64,000 nucleotides of DNA from Mytilus californianus. Its lineage: Eukaryota. This document shows positions 25,691 through 36,970 of this stretch, one piece after another (positions within the stretch are counted from its first letter, which is position 1; every line of letters begins with the position of its first letter). Under the pieces are notes generated by a model. It had not been told where the DNA came from, did no database searches, and saw only the letters and a program-made list of their open reading frames with translations. The position numbers and the translations under genes are program-made. The stretch spans positions 33,356,001-33,420,000 of the forward strand of contig NW_026262734.1 of assembly GCF_021869535.1 (NCBI RefSeq), written 5' to 3'.

Positions 25691-28600
25691 ATCAAGACTA
25701 GTGATACCCTCAGTGACTTGTGGTCTACGTCCTGCAGTCAAGAAGTAGAAATACAAAATTACAAGATAACAAAATTTTTTGATGCATAACTATTTAAGTT
25801 CAAAATGTTCTTAAAATAAAAACATTTACGCATCTTTAGCAGTTCTCATTGCAGTCATTTAAAGTAAAAGAAGTTATGTTTATAATTGTTTAAATTTTTC
25901 ATTCAGAAACATTTTTATAAAATATGTCCATTTTTTATTCCAACCAATTTTATGCAGAAGACAAATCCTGGTTCTTTTGACATGAAAATCAATAAAGGTG
26001 ATGCTGTTCTACCAATAAATATACTTTATTAAGTTTTACAAGGATTTGAACCATAAAAACACTGGTCCCGAAAAATCAGTGGGCTCCTCTGAATATACAG
26101 TATTTTCATCTACTGGTATTGCATTGAAGATAAACAAACCGAATCATCAATACATGAAGTTGAGATTTTCTCCATAAAGTTATTCAAGACAGTTAAAACA
26201 ATAGCCTGTTGACAAGGTGTTGCTTGCAAACAAATATAGACTCCTTTCTTCAGCATCAAGTTTTCAGCCAGAGACTACTGCGGATTCATATTTTTGTTGG
26301 GTACCAATTTTCGAAGATTTCGTGGGTACAACCACAAATTTAAATGTCCAACGAAGTACAAATTTTCTTTGTGTCAGTATGGAGTCTTTGCTAAAATACA
26401 AAATCTAGTAAAATTTTTCCTCAATCCACCAAAATTGGTATCTGAAAAAAAAACAAAAGAATCCACAGTATGTACATGTAGATATGTTGGGCTTAAGTCA
26501 TTTAGTAAACATCATATTAACAGGTAGTAGAGTATCCATGTAGTCATCTTCTCAGTCTGAATATGTGAAAATCACCAAGCCTTATCTGTATTGTATTTTA
26601 TGTATTTGTGGTTAATCAATTTAGCTTGCATTTTAATATTGATAAAAGTTTTCTTCAATCACCAAGAATTTCAAAACATTGAACCATGTAGTTTTGGAGA
26701 ACTTTAGATATTGACGAAAAAGAAACAAACATTGTATTTGGCACTCATCTTTCTATTTATTCAGACCTTTAGGGATTACTTGAAAATAGCAATATAGCCA
26801 TGCATGGTCACCTGGAATTCTCAAATCGGGCAGTAAACCCTATACTTAATAAAGGTGTCCATTTACAGTGTTCTCCTCAGAAATTTCTTATATCATCCTG
26901 GTAAACAGGAAATTATGAAATACTGTCTTGTTTCTAGAAACTATAGAATCACATCAATAACACTGGATATGAATGAAATAATTGCCACTAGACATCAAGC
27001 AAACAATTCAACCAACCAAATGTAGACTATTTGAAGAGGACCTTATATACACTTACATGTACAACATGTTTGCTGTCTTTCAATAGGGTTTCAAATTACA
27101 TGTATGACACATACATGACCACATTGTCACCATGTTTGCAATGGAATCATGCTGCCGCTTATTCATGCAAAACTAATGCAATCATCAATCCCATTAAGAT
27201 TCAAAACATTTGCCTATTTGAGGATCAGATTTTTTAAAATCGGCTAATCAGAATCAAATTTGCCTGTAGTAAACAATGTATTTGATAAGAGTCAGAACCA
27301 AATCAGCTTCATTTGTAGAAGACACTCAAAAAACTCAAATGTCATGATTACAATGTATGTTATGGCCTTGAAATAAAGGCTCTACATGTAATTACCAAAT
27401 GGCCAAGTATTGGATATATATACATGTATGTCTAAGGTCCTTTAATGATTAATCTAGAGGATGATCAGATGCAAGATTGGAGGAACTACTAAGTATTTAA
27501 GATGCCTCTAAACTGAGTTTGAAAATGATATTTGTCATGTTGTAACCTGACCTTGAAAACTGGATTCAAACTCTTCCCATGATAATGACATTTTACATCC
27601 TCATGCATGTCATCTTTGTTTACATCTTTAGTATGTTGTCACTTATGGTTTTAAGATTGGTCAATTTGGATGCAAGGTGCAAGTAATTCACCAAGAGTAC
27701 ATACATATATATATCTCATTTTAAGGACATCAAATCAATGATTGTGAGACCTTTTTAGCTCACCTGGCCCAAAAAGTGAGCTTTTCTCATCAATTGCGAC
27801 CGTTGTCCGTCGTCATCGTCCGTTAACTTTTACAAACATCTTCTTCTCTGAAACTACTGGGCCAAATTAAACCAAACTTGGCTTAAATCATCCTTAGGGT
27901 ATCTTATTTAAAAAATGTATCCTATAACCCCGGTCATAGCTAATAAAATGCTTCGCTGGGCGCAGCTTGATACGACCGCAGAGGTCGAACCCTGAACAGT
28001 TGGGGCAAGTATGGACACAACATTCAAGCTTGATACAGCTCTGAATTTGGATTGTGATTAAATATTTGACACAGCATAGGTTTCTGACACAGAAAGAATG
28101 TGGTCTAAGAACTTCAATTTTTTTAATTTACCTATTATGGTCCAATGTCCAAAATCAAAATACATGGTTAGATTCAGCATATCAAAGAACCCCATATATT
28201 CAATTTTTGTTGAAATCAAACAAAGTTTAATTTTGGACCCCAACTTGGACAAACTTGAAAACTGGTCCCATAATCAAAAATCTAAACACATGTTTAGATT
28301 CAGCATATCAAAGTACCCGAAGAATTCAATTTTTGTTAAAATCAAACTAAGTTTAATTTTGGACCCTTTGGACCTTAATGTAGACAAATTTAAAAAACGG
28401 GACCCAAAATTAAAAATCTAAAAACACGGTTAGATTTGGCATATCAAAGAACCCCAATAATTCAATTTTTGATGAAATCAAACAAAGTTTAATTTTGGAC
28501 CCTTTTGACCTCAATATGAACCAATTTGATAGCGGGCCCACAAATAAAAAATCTAAATACATGGTAAGATTCAGCATATCAAAGAACCCCATATATTCAA

Positions 28601-28789
28601 TTTTTGTTGAAATCAAACAAAGTTTAATTTTGGACCCCAATTTGGACCAACTTGAAAACTGGGCCCATAATCAAAAATCTAAACACATGTTTAGATTCAG
28701 CATATCAAAGAACCCTAAGAATTCAATTTTTGTTAAAATCAAACTAAGTTTAATTTTGAACCCTTTGGACCTTAATGTAGACCAATTTA

Positions 28790-29954
28790 AACAAGAGTGC
28801 ACACGCTGAAATGTCTCGCCTTCTTTACTAATCATTGATATTATGTTGATAGTCCTAAATATAAAGCTTTATTACAACTGTCACATAAACTTAACATTAA
28901 CCAAGTAAACTAAACATTGACCAATGAACCATGAAAATGAGGTCAAGGTCAGATGAACCATGCTATAGGCAGGCATGTACAGCTAACAATTCTTCCATAC
29001 AACAAATATAGTTGACCTATTGCTTATAGTTTAAGAAAAACAGACGAAAACACAAAAACTTAACACTGAGCAATGAACCTTGAAAATGAGGTCAAGGTCA
29101 AATAAAACCTGCGTGACTGACATATAGATCATAAAATATTTCCATACACCAAATATAGTTGAACTATTGCATATAGTATTAGAAAAAAAGACCAAAACTC
29201 AAAAACTTAACTTTGACCACTGAACCATGAAAATGAGGTCAAGGTAAGATGACACCTGCCAGCTAGACATGTACACCTTACAATCATTCCATACACCAAA
29301 TATAGCTGACCTATTGCATGCAGTATTAGAAAAAAAGACCAAAACTCAAAAACTTAACTTTGACCACTGAACCATGAAAATGAGGTCAAAGTCAGATGAC
29401 ACCTGCCAGCTAGACATGTACACCTTACAATCATTCCATACACCAAATATAGTAGACCTATTGCATACAGTATAAGAAAAACAGACCAAAACACAAAAAC
29501 TTAACTATAACCACTGAACCATGAAAATGAGGTCAAGGTCAGATGACACCTGCCAGTTGGACATGTACACCTTACAGTCCTTCCATACACCGAATATACT
29601 AGACATATTGCTTAGAGTATCTGAGATATGGACTTGACCACGAAAAACTTAACCTTGTTCACTGATCCATGAAATGAGGTCGAGGTCAAGTGAAAACTGT
29701 CTGACGGGCATGAGGACCTTGCAAGGTACGCACATACCAAATATAGTTATCCTATTACTTATAATAAGAGAGAATTTAACATTACAAAAAATCTGAACTT
29801 TTTTTTCAAGTAGTCACTGAACCATGAAAATGAGGTCAAGGACATTGGACATGTGACTGACGGAAACTTCGTAACATGAGGCATCCATATACAAAGTATG
29901 AAGCATCCAGGTCTTCCATCTTCTAAAATATAAAGCTTTTAAGAAGTTAGCTAA

Positions 29955-29990
<36 letters not shown>

Positions 29991-30042
29991 ATCGCTATCC
30001 CTATGTCGAGCTTTCTGCGACAAAAGTCGCAGGCTCGACAAA
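28790..30042 (+). mobile_element. Family B element with 147-bp tandem core, nested in A
   Basis: AACAAGAGTGCACACGCTGAAATGTCTCGCC start, units at 28926/29075/29222/29369/29516, (GCC)n, and hairpin TGTCGAGC..GCTCGACA. The host unit rejoins as TTTAA^AAAACGGGACC. Confidence 0.75.
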
Positions 30043-30305
30043 AACGGGACCCAAAATTAAAAATCTAAATACACGGTTAGATTCGGCATATCAAAGAACC
30101 CCAATAATTCAATTTTTGATGAAATCAAACAAAGTTAAATTTTGGACCCTTTCGACCTCAATGTGGACCAATTTAAAAACGGGGCCCAAAATCCAAAAAC
30201 TTAATACACCGTTAGATTCAGCATATTAAAGAACCCCAAGAATTCAAGAATAAAACCCCATTGAAATTGATCAAGAAATAAGCAATTTATACGAAGTATC
30301 TTCTT

Positions 30306-30525
30306 TTGCACAATACTGTTCAATTGAATATTTCTTGCTATTGCGCAATACTGTACAATTGACAATTTCTTGCTATTGCGCAATATTGTGCTATTGGTAA
30401 TTTCTTGCTATTGCGCAATACTGTTAAATTGAAGATTTCTTGCTATTGCGCAATACTGTGCAATTGAAGATTTCTTGCTATTGTGCAATACTGTGCAATT
30501 GAAAATTTCTTGCTATTGCACAATA
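30306..30525. repeat. 35-bp minisatellite, about 6.5 copies
   Basis: GCTA anchors at 30337, 30372, 30407, 30442, 30477 and 30512. Each unit carries TATTGCGCAATA or a one-base variant. Confidence 0.9.
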
Positions 30526-30831
30526 CTTATTATATAATAATTTACACATCCTGTTTGGTGTGTATCTCCTACCATATCATTATTATTTGCTTTTAAATAT
30601 AAATCAGAAATAACCAACTTAAAATGGAAAATTTTAAAAGAAAAAAAAAAGGAATAAAAAGAAAAAAAAAAAGAAAAAAAAATCCTCCCCCCCCCAATTT
30701 TTTTTAACCCCCTTATGATTCATCACCCCAAACTCAATCCCAGCCTTCCCTTTGTGGTATGGTACCTTGCAGTACAATTTCAGAAAGATCCATACACTTG
30801 AACACAAGTTATTGTCTGGAAACTAGAAAAA

Positions 30832-31898
30832 TTCGTAAGGGTTTCGCGGAACCCAGTGTCTCGCCTACTTTTGCTGTTAATCGCAGGCTCAACAAAAATG
30901 AGGAAAAAAGTTAATAAAAATATTCCTCTCTATACTATCTTTTGATTGTAAGTAGCTTCTGTCCAAGTTTGGTAAAAATCCAGGATAGTTTATCAATCTA
31001 ATAAATGTTTTAAAAACTTAAAGTGCAGACTGTATGTAATGTTAACTGGAAGAAAAACTAAGTCCATTTACAAGTAAAATACGGAAAAAATGGAATTTAT
31101 TTTTTACTTTTTTACAAAATTTACTTCTGGATACTATCTTTTGATCATAAACAAGGTTCTTTCCAAGTTTGGTAGAAATCCAGGATAGTTTAAGAAAGTT
31201 ATTAAAATTTCAAAAACTTTAACCACAGAGTGAATGTAATGTTTCATGGCAGAAAAACTAAGTCCATTTATAAGTAAAATACAGAAAAAATGGATTTTTT
31301 TTTACAAAATTTACTTCTGGATACTATCTTTTGATCATAAACAAGCTTCTTTCCAAGTTTGGTAGAAATCCAGGATAGTTTAAGAAAGTTATTAAAATTT
31401 CAAAAACTTTAACCACAGAGTGAATGTAATGTTTCTTGGCAGAAAAACTAAGTCCATTTATAAGTAAAATACGGAAAAAATGGAATTTTTTTTTTTACAA
31501 AATTTACTTTTGAATATTATCTTATGATCATAAACAAGCTTCTGTCCAAGTTTGGTAGAAATCCAGGATAGTTTAAGAAAGTTATTAAAATTTCAAAAAC
31601 TTTAACCACAGAGTGAATGTTATGTTTCTTGGCAGAAAAACTAAGTCCATTTATAAGTAAAATACGGAAAAATTGGAATTTTTTTTTTACAAAATTTACT
31701 TTTGAATATTATCTTATGATCATAAACAAGCTTCTGTCCAAGTTTGGTAGAAATCCAGGATAGTTTAAGAAAGTTATTAAAATTTCAAAAACTTTAACCA
31801 CAGAGTGAATATTTGTGGACGCCGCCGACGACGACGACGCCGACGGAATGTAGGATCGCTATGTCTCGCTTTTTCGACATTAGTCGAAGGCTCGACAA
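30832..31898 (+). mobile_element. Family C element with ~192-bp tandem core, nested in A
   Basis: 5' TGTCTCGCC, units at 30965/31165/31355/31548/31740, a GCC/GAC tract and 3' hairpin ending GCTCGACA. The host rejoins as CTAGAAAAA^TGCTT. Confidence 0.75.
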
Positions 31899-33040
31899 AA
31901 ATGCTTATTTTTGGCCCCTTTTTGGCCCCCAATTCCTAAACGTTTCGGGCAATTACCCCCAAACTCAATTCCAGCTTTCCCTTTGTGATATGGAACCTTG
32001 TAGTACAATTTCAGAAATATCCAAACACTTACACACAAGTTATTGTCATGAAACTAGAAAAATGCTTGTTTTTTGCCCCTTTTTTGGCCCCTAATTCCTA
32101 AAATTTTGAGGCAATTACCCCCAAAATCAATTACAGCCTTCCCTTTGTGATATGGAACCTTGTGGTACAATGTCAGAGAGATCCATACACTTACACACAA
32201 GTTATTGTCTGAAAGTTACAAAAATGCTTATTTTTGGCCCCTAATTCCTTAACTGTTGGTACCATAACCCCCAAAATCAATCCCAACCTTCCTTTCGTGG
32301 TATTGAACCTTATGGTGAAATTTCATGGAGATCCATTCACTTAAACTAAAGTTAGAGTGCGAAAACCAATGTGTCTTCGGACGACGCCGGACGACGACGA
32401 CGACGACGCCAACGTCATACCAATATACGACCAAAAAATTTTTAATTTTTGTGGTCGTATAAAAATAGAACATGGGGGTAAAATGCAGTTTTTGGCTTAT
32501 ATCTCTAAAACTAAAGCATTTAGAGCAAATCTGACTGGGTAAAAATGTTCATCAGGTCAAGCTCTATCTGCCCTGCAATTTTCAGATGCATCAGACAACC
32601 GATTGTGGGGTTGCTGCCCCTTAATTGGTAATTTTTCGTAAATTTTGCAGTTTTTGGTTATTATCTTGATAGATCTTGAGAGCCTCTAGTTTGTTGTTGT
32701 ATTGTCTGTGTTGATGCAGGATTTGCTACAATGTATGTGGCCTTTGTTAGTCTTGTATGTTTTTTTAAATTTGATTCATTTATGTTTTGGAGTTTAGTAT
32801 GACGTCCATTTTTGCTGAACTAGTATACATTATTGTTAAGGGGCCAGCTGATGCCCCCCTCCAGGTGCGTGATTTTCTTGCTGTGTTAAAGACCCATTGG
32901 TGGCCTTGGGCTGTTTTCTGCACTTTGGTGGGGTTGTTGTCTCTTTAAACACATTCCCCGTTTCCATTCTCAATTTTATTTTATACAATTTACATGAAAA
33001 CATTAATTTTTGTCTGTATGTGAGACTTAGTTATAACTAT

Positions 33041-33886
33041 CCGGAGGCGGCGTAAACTATTTGTATAAAGCTTTATATTTCAGAAGGTAGAAGACCTGGA
33101 TGGTTCATACTTTGTATGCAGATACCTTATCTTACGATGTTTCCGTCTGTCATATGCCCATCGTCCTTGACCTCATTTTCATGGTTCAGTGACTGCTGGA
33201 AAAAAAAGTTTTTTCGTCATGTGAATTTCTCACTTATTATGAGTAATAGGATAACTATATTTGGGATATGGGTTCCTTGCAACGTCTACATGTCCGTCGG
33301 ACAGGGTTAACCCGACCTCGACCTCAATTCATGGATCAGTGATCAAGGTTAAAGTTACGTGATTAGGTCTGTTTCTCAGATACTACAAGCAGAAGGTCAA
33401 CTATATGTGGTGTATGGAATGATTGTAAGGGGTACATGTCAGACTGGCAGGTTTCATCTGACCTTTACCTCATTTTCATGGTTCATTGGTCATTGTTAAG
33501 TTTTTGTGTTTAGATCTGTTTTTCAAATACTAAAAGCAAAAGGTCAACTATTATTGGTAAGAAATGATTGTAAGGTGTACCTGTCTGTCTAGCCAGAATC
33601 ATCTGACCTTGACCTCATTTCTACGGTTCATCAGTTAACATTAAGTTTTTGTGTTTTGGTCTGTTTTTCAATTACCATAAGCAATGGGTCAACTATATTT
33701 GGTGTATGGAATAATTGTAAGGTGTACATGTCTGTGTGACAGTTTTTATCTGACCTTGACTTCATTGTCATGGATCTTTAAAAATGTTAAGTTTATGAGA
33801 TACTTGTAGTAAAACCTTTAAGACTTTCAACATAAAATCAATGGTCAGTAAAACAGGCGAGACATTTCAGCATGTGCACTCTTGTT
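33041..33886 (-). mobile_element. Family B copy, reverse orientation, hairpin end missing (degraded fragment also at ~53030-53430)
   Basis: Ends GGCGAGACATTTCAGCATGTGCACTCTTGTT, the reverse complement of the B start. Core units contain TGACCTTGACCTCATTT. Confidence 0.7.
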
Positions 33887-34052
33887 TCTAACTTCTGTCA
33901 TTTATGTAAAATAATTTTTTCGTGTTCAAAGATTAAAAAGACAAAAATTAAATTGAGTCCTCTTCCCAATGAATTTATTTCACAGAGAAGTCAATGATAA
34001 ACAATAAATAATATATACATTTAAATACAAATCAACAAACAAAATGGCTGGT

Positions 34053-34805
34053 TTATGCTAAGGTGGGAAATAATTCCATGAATGATTCTTCCCATGGATT
34101 GTCATTTAAGTCACCAGAAATGTCACTTCCATAGGGAGAACACACATCACTGAAATCACTACCGAATTCTGAATCATTAAATACAGATGCTTCCTGTCCC
34201 AATTTGTCTGTTGATTCATACATATCTGTGACAGAAAGCGGTGACGCATCTTCTGATCTCTTGCGTTTACGATTTGAACTAGTGTCTTTTGTCACTAAAA
34301 CTTCCTGTTTGCTTTTTACACATTGTCCATTCTGTGAAATAGACTCAAAAGAGTCCTGTTCAATCTGGTCTTGAAAATCTATTCCAATTAAATTTTCAAT
34401 GTCTTTTAATAATTCCAAATTGATATCATTGAGGTCAGTTTCATCTATCATGTCTATTGCACATAATTCAGGTTCAGTTTTAACCGAATCGTCTATTGTA
34501 ATGTCATTAGGTATATCCTGTGTGACATGAATATTCACTTTAGTTTGAGAGTTCGTTTTGACAGCTTGAGTAGGTTTTTCAAGTCCAGTTTCAACAGATG
34601 AGGACTCATGCTTGTAATAAACATGATCAAATTTTATGAGTTCATTGATGGATTCCAACTCCGCTGATGTGGGCCCCACCAAGCCAGAGTTGGCAGTGAT
34701 TTTGGGGGTATTTCCTTGGGCAGTGATGATTGAAGATTCACATCCTTTACTGGCAACATCTGTTTCTGGTTTTGAGTTGATCTGCTGAACAATGCTAAGC
34801 AGAGA
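34053..34805 (-). CDS. XBP1: XBP1 exon 3, XBP1s frame (transactivation domain); XBP1u frame ends at TAA 34634-34636
   Basis: ttttcag^TCTCTG; ELESINELIKFDHVY and C-terminal WEESFMELFPTLA*. Phase 0 fits only after removal of the 20-nt intron. Confidence 0.93.
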   Translation of the reverse strand, partial: SLLSIVQQINSKPETDVASKGCESSIITAQGNTPKITANSGLVGPTSAELESINELIKFDHVYYKHESSSVETGLEKPTQAVKTNSQTKVNIHVTQDIPNDITIDDSVKTEPELCAIDMIDETDLNDINLELLKDIENLIGIDFQDQIEQDSFESISQNGQCVKSKQEVLVTKDTSSNRKRKRSEDASPLSVTDMYESTDKLGQEASVFNDSEFGSDFSDVCSPYGSDISGDLNDNPWEESFMELFPTLA

Positions 34806-35362
34806 CTGAAAAGACAAAAGAAGTGTTCATTAGCTAATTTACATTTTTTTTAAATAATTTTTTTCAAGCATTAAATGCACTTTTCTGTGATCAAGTGTGT
34901 TTTTTCCAAAAATGTTAATCCATGTACTTCATATCTTTCTCTCTGTTTAAAGCATGTAGAAAATGAATTTTAAATGATTAAGACTAAAACCACATGTGTA
35001 TATTATACTTTCTAGTTCTTTACTTAAAGCAAGGGAAGTAAATCTGAATATGAAATATGATGATGTTGAAGAGGAACATTGAAAGCTTTCCTGTTTGTTA
35101 AAAAAATAATTATGAGTGTCTCCTTTTCCCTTCTTACAATTGCAAATTAAAATCAGACACCACAAACACAGTATACATGTTACAAGTCATCTTTGCCGTG
35201 TAAAATTAATGCATAGCATGTTTTTTTGTGTTTGATTAGTATCAAATAATGACAACAATATATTCTAATTGTTTTAAATATAAAATATAATAACTTGTAA
35301 TTTTTCTGTTTCTTAATTAGCTAAAGTTTTTTAAGTAATTGAAAAAATATAAAGATATCTAC

Positions 35363-35683
35363 CTCATTGTCAGAACAGAGGTGGCGTATGGCATCATTGA
35401 CCGAGACAACGTCTGAGTTTGTCCCCACGGCAGGAGGTCAAAGGATACTGCAGATCCTGTGGACTCAGACTTTCTCTCGGCCAATGAACCAGGATGGCCC
35501 AGGCGTTCTTTAAGGTGTTGATTTTCTTGAATTAATGATGATGATTGTGTTTTGAGTTTTTTGTTTTCATCTTGGAGTCGTTTATTTTGTTCCATCAGTC
35601 TAGTAACTTGTTGTTCCAGAGTACCCATCAATTCTTTCTTTCTATCTCTTGCTGTCTGTGCTGCTACTCTGTTTTTTAGTTTT
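35363..35683 (-). CDS. XBP1: XBP1 exon 2 (bZIP basic region/zipper plus IRE1 splice region)
   Basis: RKLKNRVAAQTARDRKK...LEQQVTRLMEQNKRLQDENKKL; ttttag^ acceptor and ^gtagat donor. Confidence 0.95.
35431..35450 (-). other. IRE1-excised unconventional 20-nt intron
   Basis: mRNA sense AGGAT-CTG'CAGT-ATCCT and TTTG-A-CCTC-CTG'CCGT-GGGG-A-CAAA: two stem-loops with 7-nt CNG'CNG loops. Excision switches the frame into the long exon-3 ORF. Confidence 0.88.
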
Positions 35684-36612
35684 CTAAAATAAAGGTAACA
35701 ATGAAAATCAATTATAAACATGTAAAATAATTTCAAAATTCTGTATTACAGTTATAATGATCAATTCTAAAGTGAACTTGGACATGTTGGAACTTATTCA
35801 CTAATTTTCCTGCATTTAATACTGCAGATTATGCCAGATAATAAACACCATTTGTATTGATGCATTGATGGTTGTCTAATGTTCAATAGAAAATTAAATG
35901 CAGCTTCAAGACAAGCAAAATGTTAATAAGACAGGAATATAAATCTAGCTTTGAACTAATTACATAAACCTACACACTGTCAGAGCCATATTTTAAATGT
36001 GCTACTTAAACATGGAAACCATTGGCAGGAAGACATGTCATCCTTTCTGGATATTAATAGAATATCAAACTGATCAGATGCTCAATGACTCAATGTTGTG
36101 TGCTTAGCAAAGATGCAGCAAATATCAATTTTCATGTCTTTGGGTTGACCTGGCAATGATCTTCAACAGAACATGCAACCATGAGACCCCCAAGGAAGCT
36201 TCCATTTGTGTTAACCAATAATAGTCATTTTAAGACAATACATGGTGTATGATATTTTTTTGTACATGGAAGTTGGATGGAATGATCGGATAGAAACCCC
36301 CTTTCCAAAAGCATCTCAATAATAGTAATACATGTAACTATTAAATATAAATATTATTAATTTGCTATGTAGGTGTATCAAATCATGTTTTTTATTTCAT
36401 AAAATGCAAAATATTTCCCTCCCATATATAACAGGCTCTTTCTGTCAATATATATTGATTAGTACTTTATTAGGTTTTTCATGATGTGTCTGTACAGGCT
36501 GTACTGTAGGGTTTGTAGCTGTGTTCCATATGCACAGTTATTACAACTTCATTATGGATTTGTCATTTATAAAAATTAAATATCATAGACAAAGGAATGA
36601 AAGGATGCATAC

Positions 36613-36806
36613 CTTCTCAGCATTTTCTCCTCCGGGGTAAGGTTGGTCAGCCGACGCCGTTTACGTGGCCCTCCCCCATCATCACTGAAAATGTCTTCGA
36701 CAGCAGAGGCGTTGACGGTCACCAATTTTGGAACATTTCCACTAGATGTGGTTATAACAATCGTTCGTGTTGTATTCCCTGACATAATGTCTTTCGTAGT
36801 AACCAT
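36613..36806 (-). CDS. XBP1: XBP1 exon 1
   Basis: MVTTKDIM...PRKRRRLTNLTPEEKMLR(R), AG^gtatgc. Phase 2 joins exon 2. Confidence 0.9.
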
Positions 36807-36908
36807 TTGTAAGGAAAATGTGGTCAATTAGCCGTCGAAGTCGACAAAATATTATTCTTCATTGCTAAGTCATTGTTGTTTTCTTTTCTGTCTACGTTGT
36901 AAAGCTGA

Positions 36909-36970
36909 TGTGGTAATTTCTAATTGGCTAGTTTCATTTTGACGTATCTACAATTATCAGTTTTTATTGG
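36909..36970 (-). promoter_or_regulatory. XBP1 proximal promoter: ERSE-like CCAAT-N9-CCACA, TGACGT core and a second CCAAT
   Basis: The minus strand of 36909-36927 reads CCAAT TAGAAATTA CCACA. TGACGTA at 36940-36946; ATTGG at 36966-36970. Confidence 0.55.

Larger units (their letters stand above)
27942..32462 (+). mobile_element. Family A copy 2 (complete), containing nested B and C elements
   Basis: 5' AATAAAATGCTTCGCTGGGCGCAGCTTGATACGACCGCAG, 126/136/135-bp array, 35-bp minisatellite, C-run, ~160-bp array, (GAC)n, and 3' hairpin ATACGACC...GGTCGTAT-AAAAA. Confidence 0.75.
27755..32691. mobile_element. Family D copy 2, split by nested family A insertion (D segments 27755-27941 and 32463-32691)
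   Basis: Starts TTTTAGCTCACCTGGCCC...AAGTGAGC as at 16665 and ends CTTGAGAGCCTCTAGTT as at 17345. The flanks rejoin as CATAGCTAA^AAATAGAAC. Confidence 0.65.

Noticed and set aside
28058-28809. Repeated ORFs with MVRFSISKNP...LILDP motifs (also 350-535 and 50449-52668)
   Set aside because: Translations of the family A satellite units; they recur on both strands with the array period and lack gene structure.
29814-30041. Poly-Ala ORF; also the poly-Gly ORF at 50207-50404
   Set aside because: Products of the (GCC)n microsatellite and the poly-G tract of mobile elements.
30306-30525. 35-bp palindromic repeats resembling a CRISPR array
   Set aside because: The units are head-to-tail with no unique spacers, there are no cas genes, and the context is eukaryotic.
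34053-34817. 254-aa ORF as a stand-alone gene
   Set aside because: It starts in intron sequence (ttttcag acceptor at 34806) and is the XBP1s-frame terminal exon.
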